Assembly: GCA_026936335.1 (NCBI GenBank)
Contig: JAPMXV010000034.1
Span: forward strand, 675,906 to 739,905
From: Mantamonas sphyraenae STR306
Lineage: Eukaryota; Protista; CRuMs
DNA length: 64,000 bases
Direction of reading: 5' to 3'
The notes beneath the pieces are model-generated. The model had not been told where the DNA came from. It made no database searches and worked only from the letters and a program-made list of their open reading frames with translations. Positions 1 to 10,198 of the stretch are shown piece after piece. The position numbers and the translations under genes were made by a program. Positions within the stretch are counted from its first letter, which is position 1; each line of letters opens with the position of its first letter.

Positions 1-970
1 CTGCTTCACACACTTCACAATACGGAATGGACTGCGACATGATGTGCCTCCGGATGTCCTCGCCTGGCACTGTGCGTCTGCAACGTGTGCACGTCGCGGT
101 TGCAAACGAGCCGTGACACGACACCACTCGCTCAATTCCTGCCACCTGTTCCAATGTATCGATGTTTTGTGTGTAGTCACGCAGAAGCTTGCCCTTGCGC
201 TCCAGCAGCCGGATAAAGTGGTGGCTCGGCGACGGCTGGTACGCACCGGGAAAGATCTCCCGGGCAAAGTGGAAAAATGGGCGCGGGTCGCTGCGAAAGT
301 ACTCAATGTCAAACATGGCCTCGGGTTCAGGCAGGCCGTACCGGTCGTTCAGCGACTGGTAGATGCCGTCGTGCGAGCGGAAGTCTGGAATGCCACAGCT
401 CACAGAAACCCCAGCCCCACAAAGAACCATGATGTTGTTGCACGACGAAAGTAGCGCACACAGCGCGTCCATTGTGTTGTACTGCTCCAGCGGCTGTCGT
501 GGCAGGTGCAGCATCTGTCCCTCGGCCATGGCCTGCAGAACCATGCGCAACATTCGTAGCAGGTAAAAGTCGCTGTACGACGGAGGCACATGGTGGGCTT
601 CCAGTCCCACCTTGAGCAGCATCTGTCGCGGCGTCATCCCGTCTTCCAGCTGCTGCCGGATAAACTCGTCGATTTGGTCCGTGTTGACCGTGGGGCGCAC
701 GGGCGAGCTTGCGGGACTCACCTCGGGCGACTCGAACCCGTCAACCGCAGAGGATGACGACGACGACGACGACGTTGCTCTCTGGTAGTCATCCTCCCCT
801 GGTTGTGTTGTGCTTTGCTCCACAGTGTGCGTTTGTACACGTGTCTCCACTTGTGTGGCCGTCTGCGCCTGACGTTCCTTGTCGCCCTCTGTGCGCTGTC
901 GCTTCTGGGTCGTCAACTCTTCCTCTTCGTCCCCCACAACCACATGCGTCGTCTTTCTCCCTCCAGACAT
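1..970 (-). CDS. SIRT1: NAD-dependent deacetylase, class I sirtuin (Sir2/SIRT1-like); 3' end runs off the window
   Basis: Not in the ORF track (no stop within the window). Manual translation from ATG 970 gives MVLCGAGVSVSCGIPDFRS, LLRDYTQNIDTLE, CHGSFATATCTRC and CEVC, the canonical sirtuin and Zn-ribbon motifs. Confidence 0.93.
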   Translation of the reverse strand, partial: MSGGRKTTHVVVGDEEEELTTQKRQRTEGDKERQAQTATQVETRVQTHTVEQSTTQPGEDDYQRATSSSSSSSSAVDGFESPEVSPASSPVRPTVNTDQIDEFIRQQLEDGMTPRQMLLKVGLEAHHVPPSYSDFYLLRMLRMVLQAMAEGQMLHLPRQPLEQYNTMDALCALLSSCNNIMVLCGAGVSVSCGIPDFRSHDGIYQSLNDRYGLPEPEAMFDIEYFRSDPRPFFHFAREIFPGAYQPSPSHHFIRLLERKGKLLRDYTQNIDTLEQVAGIERVVSCHGSFATATCTRCRRTVPGEDIRRHIMSQSIPYCEVCEA

Positions 971-1062
971 TCCCTGGATGCCACCCGCTTCGCGGTCCCT
1001 CTTGTTGCCACTTGTGGACATCCTTTCCTTGGCCATCCATGCGCATCGGCGCTGCCAACACG

Positions 1063-3096
1063 ATGTCGCTCTTTGCCTCGCCAGGTCGGGAACACCGCAC
1101 ACGCTTTCTCAGTGACGACGAAGACGAAGACAATGACAGCGACAGCTACGACGCCGCCACCTCCTCACACCATGGTGACGACGGGAATGACGACGAACAG
1201 CCCACACATGGCTCCGTGTACCTGAGTTCGTCCGACGACGACGACGCTGGGGACGATCTCGCGTTTCTTCTCAACTCCAAACGCTTCCTACGCTACCAAC
1301 AGCAGACCAGCGCCCTTCTCCAGAGAGACCTGTTGCAGTCCGATGCCCAGCTCAGCGCAGGGGAGCACACTCCCGACGTTCAGATCAGACGCAGCCGCCG
1401 TCGCACAACACCTGGAAGCAGCACCCGCCGCTCCGTGTTTGGCCAGCTCCACGCTCGCTATGGACCCAACCAGAACCAAGAGGCAGACTACTCTACAGAG
1501 CACAAACATACAGACACTGCGCCGACAGGCGTCGACAGCGATGACGAAATCGAGGCCGAGGTTCAGCGCGCTCTGCAGATCGTTCTCAACAGCGCCACAA
1601 AGAAACTGGAACCGCGCGCAAGAGAACACCGCCACCCACAGGACGACGACGAGGGTGAGCAGGCCACACAGGACGGCCCACAAGCACATCCATCTTCCCA
1701 CGGCCCTTTCCACAGTCAGAGGCCTCTGACAAGCTCCACGGTGAGCAACGCCTCCTCGTCTTCCTCGGTCGCGGCCATGAACGACACACTTCTCCTCAGC
1801 ATGCTGCAGCGGTTGCCGCCCCAGCGCGACACAAATGACACAACACAGCAAGAAAACGCACAAAGGAGCAGCACATCCACGTCCACGTCACACACCAACT
1901 CTACCCAGCCCGCACAGGCACGTACTCCCCGCTCCGCAGTCGCTTGGATTGACAAGGTCGCCTCACCATCGAAGCGCTTCCACTTTGATGGAGAGGATGT
2001 CAGCCCATCGGCAACTCACAAACGGCACAGCGCTCGGCATGGCCATGGCAACTCGTCATCATCACACATACCTGCATACGACCGGCTAAACGACACAACG
2101 TCTACGTCGGACTCGTCGTACACCTCCGACGAGGAAGACGATTACGACGAGCCTGCGTCGCATACACACTCCTTTCCAGGCTCCACGCATGCGTCTCCTG
2201 GTGCGCTCAATCGCAGTCATGGTGTGAAAAGTCCAAGCAAGCGCAAGATGGACCTGAGCAGAAAGCACAGATACCGTCGTGGCCCACACAGTGCACGCGG
2301 AAACAAACAGCACCACGGAAACAAGAGTGGCAGCAGTGCAGGACGCTCGCGAACAAGTCCAGGCGCAAAGAACCACGGCAAACTCAGCCAGTTTCAGATC
2401 GGCCAAACAAAAGTCATCCGCGCACTGGAGAAACAGGTCCGCGAGCAGAAGCTGGAAATGGAAGCCATGCAAAGGGGCATGGAAAAAGATGCCAAACTCA
2501 TACGCCGCTATCGCTCCACCATCCGCGTGCAACAGCGGCAGATCAGTCAGATGGAAAGCGCCGTCGATCAGGTGCGCTTCCATGAGAGCGTACAATCCAA
2601 ACAATCTATCGACGAGCTGCTCCAGACACAGCAAGACCAACACGACGCACTCATGGACAGCCAGAAACGTGAACAGCGAACACAGGAGCTAAACCGCAAG
2701 CTGCGGGCAAAACTCAATTCCATGAAGAAGGAGCTACAGGAGCGCATCGACGAACGCACAGAGATGAACAAGACCATCAAACACTACGAAAAGTTGCTGG
2801 ACACGGCACACAAACAGGTGGTGGAGGTGGAGAAACGCCTCGGCGCACTGGCGCAAGAAAACGCAGACGTCATTCAGGAGAATCGCCAGCTGCGCAACAG
2901 ACTGGATGAGTTTCAACAGCAGCAACGCGCGTTTATCTCTGTCGCCCAGCAGGTCAACGATGCCATGGAACAGCAGCGCCATCCCAAGTCCCCGCCATCG
3001 CCTCGTCGCACAGCCACGCACAACGTGCACTGGGAAGATGTCCTCAACGAGTCCACCAACGTGTTGTCCTCCATTGATGCAGTCATTGAATCCTAG
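1063..3096 (+). CDS. Hypothetical protein: acidic/Ser-rich disordered N-terminus, C-terminal coiled coil
   Basis: Long ORF. Start placed at ATG 1063 (MSLFASPG) because the upstream part overlaps the sirtuin gene; C-terminal ~200 aa are heptad-rich. Confidence 0.75.
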   Translation: MSLFASPGREHRTRFLSDDEDEDNDSDSYDAATSSHHGDDGNDDEQPTHGSVYLSSSDDDDAGDDLAFLLNSKRFLRYQQQTSALLQRDLLQSDAQLSAGEHTPDVQIRRSRRRTTPGSSTRRSVFGQLHARYGPNQNQEADYSTEHKHTDTAPTGVDSDDEIEAEVQRALQIVLNSATKKLEPRAREHRHPQDDDEGEQATQDGPQAHPSSHGPFHSQRPLTSSTVSNASSSSSVAAMNDTLLLSMLQRLPPQRDTNDTTQQENAQRSSTSTSTSHTNSTQPAQARTPRSAVAWIDKVASPSKRFHFDGEDVSPSATHKRHSARHGHGNSSSSHIPAYDRLNDTTSTSDSSYTSDEEDDYDEPASHTHSFPGSTHASPGALNRSHGVKSPSKRKMDLSRKHRYRRGPHSARGNKQHHGNKSGSSAGRSRTSPGAKNHGKLSQFQIGQTKVIRALEKQVREQKLEMEAMQRGMEKDAKLIRRYRSTIRVQQRQISQMESAVDQVRFHESVQSKQSIDELLQTQQDQHDALMDSQKREQRTQELNRKLRAKLNSMKKELQERIDERTEMNKTIKHYEKLLDTAHKQVVEVEKRLGALAQENADVIQENRQLRNRLDEFQQQQRAFISVAQQVNDAMEQQRHPKSPPSPRRTATHNVHWEDVLNESTNVLSSIDAVIES

Positions 3097-3098
3097 GC

Positions 3099-6000
3099 TC
3101 AGGCCGCAAACCACCGCAGCTTGTCCACAAACTCGGGAAAGCCGCTCTTGCGCTCGGTTGGCTCGATCACCAGGCACTCGCCGATGACTTCCAGCAGCAC
3201 CGGTGGCAGGTTGCGCTTCGAGAGGTCGTCCAGGGCTGCTTCCAACAGTTCCGGCAACACTTGCACGTCGTACACTCCGTACTTGTCCTTGGGCACCTGT
3301 CGTGTGAACGGCGCCTCGCGAGTCGCAAGTTCCAACAGCAGGATGCCATACGACCATACATCCACCTTGAGCCACTTGTCCACGTTGCCTCCGCCTTCCT
3401 TGCTCCACTGCACTGCATCCAGAAGCTCGGGTGCTCTGTAGTCTGGTGTACCCACCAGCAGCGACGTCATGCTGCCACTGCTGTTCAGGAACCGGCTCAG
3501 CCCAAAGTCTGCAATCTTGGCTGTGCTGTCGTCGATGTCCAGCAGGATATTCTCGGGTTTCAGGTCCCTGTGTACCACCGGCGGCTCCAGGCTATGCAGG
3601 TACGCCATCCCGCTGGCCACATCGTGCGCCATTTTCAACACCCTTCGCACCCACACGCTCTCCGATGCCCCCCGCTGTCGCTCAATCAGCGTACGCAAGT
3701 CGCTGGTCATGCGTTCCATAAAAATGTACAGATGGTCCTCGTCGCGGAACGACCCGCTGTAGGACACCACATTCCCGTGCCGCAGCGACGACAGAATGCG
3801 CACCTCGCGCAGCAGACGCGGCATCATTTCCATGCCCAGCCTTTCAAGGGACACCTTTTTCATCGCCAACAAGCTGCCCTTCACCTTGACCTCGTACACG
3901 TCTCCAAACGACCCCGCTCTACCCAATCGGTTGCCCATCATCACCTGCTCGATATCGTCCACAAGTGCCTCCTTCCCACCCACTCGTGACTCTCCAGGGG
4001 TGCCAGGCAACCCGCCACTGCTTGTCGTGCTCATCAGTCGGCGGTTGGCCATCAGCTCCATCACTGACCCTTCCGGACCCTCCACGCTTCCGCCAGCAAA
4101 GCCGAGGCCCACTCCCAGAGAGCCACGGCTCGGAGACGAAACCAGACCCACGGATATGCTGTTTTCCTTCATCAGCTTCGGATCCAGACTCTTGCCTCCA
4201 ATGTGTGCCTCTCCCGACGCACCGTCGCGCTGGTAGAAGCGGGCATCTTCCGAAAACTCTTTTGTCAACATGCCCGGGTTCTTCATCACGTCCACCACGT
4301 AGTACTCGTCTTCCAAGCACACCACATTCCACACATGTGCCTCGCCACCCACGTACTGGCCCTGAACAATGCGGCAGAAAATGCCAAGCTTGTCTGCAAG
4401 CACCTTGAACAGAAACGCCCTGTGCCTGCACACCCCCTTTCGCATCGCTCCAATCGGCACCATGTTGCCCATCTGTACGTTGCATTTGACACGAAACATG
4501 TCGTCGTAAACCTCACGGTAAAATCGTTGGTACTGCTCGATGCTCGACTGGTACGCTTCTGAACCGCCCAGCTGCTCGCTCACATGCCGTGCCAGGAACA
4601 GCACCTGCCTGTACTCGTCAATGCCGTGCAGATATCGCTCCAGGAATTGCAGATGGCCCGCAAGCGTGGCATCCCGTGTAAAATCAGCAACCACGAGCTC
4701 CACGTGGAACGTCATGTCCTGTTTCAGCAGCTCATGCATGTGCTGGAACCTTCCCCCGTCGTCCACTCCTTCGTAAAAGTAGAATCCGTCGTGCACAGGC
4801 GCCTCCAGCCATGTGTTGGACAAGAAACTTTTCGAGTGCTCGTAGTCCTCCACGAAATGCACAGCCTCCTCACTGTCACTGTTGGGATCCGGGGCCGCCT
4901 GCCACAGTTCTTGGTTGGCTTGCATGAGACGCTGCAACATGTTGGCGCCGATCTTGCTGACGTGGCCGTTTTGCGATTTGCCCAGATGGAACAGCACGTC
5001 GTCATTCTGCAGCAGCATCTCGTGCGCCCAGCTCGCCGTGTGGTGTGTGATGTACAGGAGCATGCTGCTCACGTGCAGCAGTTGTTCCATCGACTTGCTG
5101 TACTCCGCCCCAACCACGCTCATCTGCTCCCGCGCTCCGCGTTCCTTTTCCAGCAAGCCCTGGCGCTCTTCGACCAGTGCCTGCTTGCTCTCCTCCATCT
5201 TTGCTTGCTCTTCGCCATCCTTTTCACCCTTGATCCGTCGCTTCAGACTCACAATTTCGCTGTTGAGATTTCGTGCTCGGTACGAAGCGTCGTCCACGCT
5301 GCGCTCCAAGTGGACCATTGCGTCCGCCTGCGTCTCTTGTATGTGCAACTCCTTCTTGGTGAGTTTCAGGATCGATTCCAGCTTTGGTGACAGGTCAAAC
5401 GGAGGCTGGACGTCCGTTTTGGGCGTACTGGCCGATGCCGACGATGACGAAGATGATGACGACGACGAAGACGACGAAGACGACGATGACGACGAAGACG
5501 GCTCGTTGGCAGCCTCATGATCCTTGATCTCGCGCGTTGCGTTGGCACTGAGGAGAGAAAACACCTTGCTGAGGGCGATGAGCACATGTCGATCTGTTTT
5601 CTGCCCTTGCTCCGTGGCCAGCACGTCCAGCACGTCCATGAAACGTGTAAACATGGGGTGTGACCACACAAGGGCACGGTACTTGTTACTGTAGGCCATC
5701 TGCTGCAGGAGATGGATGACTGCGAGCAGCACGTACCGTGCGCTTTGCCTTCGAAATCGAAATCGTCCCCTATCGGCTGCGTCAGATGCAGATGTTTGAG
5801 TGGTCCACGAGTGCATGCGTCCAACCACATGCATTCGTTGCCATTGCTCCCTTCTGCGGGCGCCACGTACGTCAGCAGATCGTGGAGAATGTCCTGCTCT
5901 GTCTGCGAGTCCATCATCAGAGTGTGCAGAAACGCAGGATCCTTGCACTCCATGATGAGTTGGTTGAGCATCTTGAAAGCCTTGATTGCGTCGTGTTGCT

Positions 6001-8587
6001 GTGTCGACAAGGCGTGTGCGCGGAACCTGTGACTGTTCCAGAGTTCGTCGTCCTCCCCGCCATCGCCAGTTCCTTGCTCGGTGACGCGTGTTTGGTCGCC
6101 ACTCTCATCATACCATTCGCCTATTTCACCAGTTTCTTCCACTTCCTTGAGAAACTCGAGAGTGCGCGTGCCTGCACGGGCCATGAAGCGCGGCGACAGG
6201 CCCATTTCGTTCATGGCTTGAATATCTGCGCCCATCTGAAGCAGCAGATGGCATGCAGAGCGATGGTTTGCAGCAGCAGCTAGGTGCAGAGGGGTCTGGT
6301 CTGCGTCGTCGGTGGCGTCGACGAGGGCGCCTGCGTCCAAGAGAACGCGCAGACATTGGCACCGGCCAAACGCAGCGGCTACATGCATGGGTGTCTGTTG
6401 GTCGGCATTCTTGGCCTCCTTGTCTGCTTTGTGTCTGCACAGGTGGTGAATAATCAACGGATGGCCGTTGCGCGCAGCGAGATGCAACGGAGCGTCGCCG
6501 TGCTCGTCCTCGGCGTTCACATCCATGTGTTCGTGTTCCACAAGGTACGTGGTGACTTCGAGCTGACCCTGGCCACAAGCCACGTGCAACAGCGACGTCT
6601 TTTGTTCACCAGCCTTGGAGCCGGCCAAAGACAGGGACGACCAGGATCCGCTGGAGCTCTTGCTGCGTCCCACGCTGAACGAACGCGCACGCTGCCAGGC
6701 CTTGGGCACGCGCATGAGGTGGTGTGATGATCCTTGCTCCAACAAGTACTCAAGGCAGTCAAGGTGACCATGCTGAGCGGCACAGGATGCAGCCGTGCTG
6801 CCGTCGTCATTCATGGCACGCACATCTGCACCGTTCTTCACGAGGAGTCGGATGCAGGACAAGGAGCCTGCGCTAGCAGCATGAACCACCGCCGTGTTCA
6901 TGTGCAGGTCTACCCAGTTGACGAGTTCGTCTGCACTGGGTCCTTGGTCACGTTCCTGCACAGCACGGAGAATGAGGCCAATGGCCGCCGGCTGGCCTGT
7001 TTGGGCAGCCAGAAGCACAGGAGTGAGACCGTCGGCATCACCAACAGACAGAGAGCACTGCAACTCGAGCAGGAGGGAGACGACGTCGTATTGCGAGTGT
7101 GCAATGGCGTGGTGAAGCAAGGTGCGGTTGTTTTGCTCTGGCTCCTGAAGATCCAGCCACTCGGGATGATCAGCGAGCTGCTGGCGCAACCAGTCGCATT
7201 TGCTCTCGCGCACGCCCTCGTACAATTGCGTCACAAGGTCGCTTTGACTGGATCGCATCTCCAGGATGGACTGCTGGCGCATACGCGTGTGTGGCTCCAG
7301 CGACATCATCAACGGCGGCGTGGTTGCGCCTTCGAGCCATTGGTTGCTCGTCAGTGATGGTTCGTCAGCGCGTGTCTCTGGGTACAGGTCGTGATGGAAC
7401 GCTGTGCTTTTGCGCAACACGTTGAAGCGGACGACTTCGAGCGAAGAGGAGGCAAGGCGCAAAAAGGCGGCACATTCACACTTGGATGTGTTGAGCATGG
7501 TCTTGGGCAGCATGCACGTGTCCAGCTGCAGGACGCCGTTGCCAGCAGTCCAGCTGTTGAGTGGTTGCAACACCTCCGACTCGTTGCCTAGGGCATACAA
7601 GGAGATGGACCGGTCTCCCTTGCCACACAGGTAGACAATGCCCAGGTCGGGGTCAAAGAATGGCTGCACGGGAGCGGTGGAGTCGTCCAGCAGTTTGCGC
7701 TCCAACGGTGTCTGCAGACCCGATCCCAGGTCCCAGACGGCCATTTCACGTTCACCGCGTTTGTTGAAGCCCGTTGTAAAGAGGCAAGCAGAATCGCCCA
7801 GCCAGATGGCATGAGTGGCCTTTGTGCTTCCGTGTGCTTCGCCGCTGAACACGGGGGCGTTTGGAGCTTGGCGGGGATCCCACACGCGCACGTGGCGGTC
7901 GTCACTGCTACTGACGAGCAATCCGCCTGCATAGGACCACTCCATGGACGTGGGCAACACGGTAGACTCGCCGGCGGCGGAACTCAGTGCGGCGGCGTGA
8001 GTGAGCGCAATCTCGGCCGCAGGCATCTCCTGGTTAAGGTCCCACACAAGGATGCGTCCGTCACGAGCCATGCTGGCCATGAGGTTGGAGGCGCACGGGT
8101 GGAACTGGACGCCCGTGACTGCGTTCTTGTGTGCAGACAGGGTGAGGAGCGGCGCCGTGTCTTCACCTTCATCGCTTGGTTGCGGCGCCGTCACAGCCCA
8201 CAGATTGATGGTGGAATCTGTGGAAGCAGATGCAAGCAGCGCAGAGGCAGATGGGTCCAGCTGCGGGTAACTGTAGGCGTGGCCAAAGAAAGGGTGCCAG
8301 GCTAGATCGGTGATCGTGCCCGTGTGGCCGTAAAAGACGCGGTAGTCGTTGTTGAGACTGCCCCCAAAGCCCATGTAGTCGAGCACCATGAAGCTCTTGC
8401 GCGAGTATGTCTGTGTGGGGATGGCCACGAGCGAGTTGCACACAGCCATGGAGCCCAAGGGCACACTGTGTGCAACTGGCACGTTGGAGAGCAAGGCTTC
8501 GCCATGCGTTGTGCTGGCCATGATGCGACGGGTGTTGAGCACATACTGCGGGTATCCCGGCTCGAGGAACGACTCGTCGCTGCTCAT
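3099..8587 (-). CDS. Coronin-WD40 + ankyrin repeats + EDR1/CTR1-type domain + TKL-type protein kinase fusion (2 exons; intron 5770-5870)
   Basis: Coronin motifs GHTGTITDLAWHPF, PFFDPDLGIVYLCGKGD and RKSTAFHHDLYPET; multiple ANK repeats (TPLHLAAA); GVCRHRAFLFKVLAD..HVWN; kinase GSFGDVY, HRDLKPEN, DFG, GTPDYRAPE. A GTACGT...CTGAC...TAG intron joins the two ORFs in frame (LLT|GRFRF). Confidence 0.85.
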
Positions 8588-8681
8588 GGACGTGTGCAGA
8601 TTGGCAGGGGCGGCGCGCAACAGCACCCACGGAAACAGGCCCCTCCACGCACCGGCACACCACACCACACCACACAAGACC

Positions 8682-9785
8682 ATGGGAAACAAGTTGAGCA
8701 AGGCACAACTCGCAGAGGTAGGATGGCGAGGGAGGGGAAAGGGGTTTACGCTTTGGGTGCATCCTATTCCTCTTGACCCCAGAAGCAGATGTTGAAGCTG
8801 ACACACGCGCCGCTGTGGCTCCCCTGACGCCACACAGCTCCGCGAGATCTTTGACAAATATGACAGCAACGGCGACGGCGAATTGAGCGTTGACGAGCTG
8901 GAGGTGAGTGCGGCTGAGGACGTGGGAAGCGCTGAGGGGCGTGCAAGTGCATCAGACGAATTTTGCACAGTGGGATTTCGAAAAAGAGGGGTGCCAGAGC
9001 TGGCGAACGGCGACGGGTACCGAGGCCGGTGCGGTGGTTGGCACGCGCCGTCCAGGTGCCACATCGCACATGCAGGGAGGCGGGGTTTAGGGGGAGGAAC
9101 TTTTGCAGCGCAGACGACTAACCCTGGCGCGCGACACAGGACTTTGTTGTGAGCGTTGGCCACGAGGTGGAGCGCGAGGTCATTCGCGAGTGGATGTTCA
9201 GGGGCGACACAAACAACGATGGAGGGTAGGTTGACGCAAGGAAACATGAGCACGTTTAGGTGGAGGGCGCAACCGTGTGCTTTACGTGCCCTGGCGGTGC
9301 AACACACGGGCGGTTGCGCGCCCCCCCCCGACCGCCAGCGTCGCAGACGGGGGGCTGCAATCAACCACCGCAAAACCGCACACACTCACCAGCTCACACC
9401 GCTCCCATTCCGTATGGCATATCACCCACGTCCACACATGGTGCATGGACAACGTGCTGGGCGGCTGCACCATGCCCACACATCTCCTGCTTTGCCCGTT
9501 GCGTGGCACAGTCTCTCCTGGAGCGAGTTTACCAAGCTCGTGCAGAAAAATTTCCTGAAGCAGTTCACGGCGCTGGACACGGATAACGACGGCGTGCTCA
9601 CGGCCGAAGAGGTCATTGAGGGCTTCCAGAAGATGGGATTCATGGTCACGGGAAAGTTCCTGGCTGAGAACCTGGACAAGGACGGCGACGGCAAGATCAC
9701 CCTTGAGGAGTACATTGCTCTCGCTCTCTCCACCACCGACGCCAACATGGACGACGGCGTGAAGCACGTGGTTATCGAAGACTAA
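8682..9785 (+). CDS. Four-EF-hand Ca2+-binding protein with N-myristoylation motif (4 exons: 8682-8717, 8838-8903, 9140-~9225, 9512-9785)
   Basis: Starts MGNKLS; EF loops DSNGDGELSVDE, DTNNDGGLSWSE, DTDNDGVLTAEE, DKDGDGKITLEE; GT-AG introns keep the frame. Confidence 0.85.
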
Positions 9786-9824
9786 AGATTTTGCGGTCGT
9801 TTCTGTGCCAATTCCCCACTGGGT

Positions 9825-10145
9825 TCATTCGCTAGCGAGCTGTGTGTCGTCCGTTTCTGTGTCCGCGCCCTTTCCGCTCGCCCCATTGCTTGCAGACGAC
9901 TCGTCCTCCTCCCCGCGCCAGTCTCCAAAGTACACACCCTCGGTGTTGGTTTGCAAAAAGTCGCTGTTCATGATTTGCGTGTGCATGGTGCGTAGGAGTG
10001 CCTCGACCGCGTCGTCGTCTCCTCCGCTACCGCCTGCTACACCTGCGCCTGCCGTCTTGTCCATTTCCCGGGCTATTGTGTGTGCCGCCTCTGTCTGCGC
10101 AACCTTGGCGTCGTCCTCTTGGACGTTGTCCGACGTGCTGCTCAT
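9825..10145 (-). CDS. Small acidic hypothetical protein
   Basis: ORF from ATG 10145 fills the gap between two genes and is head-to-head with CSE1; no recognisable motif. Confidence 0.45.
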   Translation of the reverse strand: MSSTSDNVQEDDAKVAQTEAAHTIAREMDKTAGAGVAGGSGGDDDAVEALLRTMHTQIMNSDFLQTNTEGVYFGDWRGEEDESSASNGASGKGADTETDDTQLASE

Positions 10146-10198
10146 TGCCCTGTCTGCGTGAGCGGCCGCACTGCAAAACCCACAGCACCCGCACCACA

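Noticed and set aside
709-1062. N-terminal extensions given by the ORF track (also 8588-9385, 37236-37376, 43659-43715, 59316-59597)
   Set aside because: They use non-ATG or upstream starts that overlap a well-supported opposite-strand gene or an intron.
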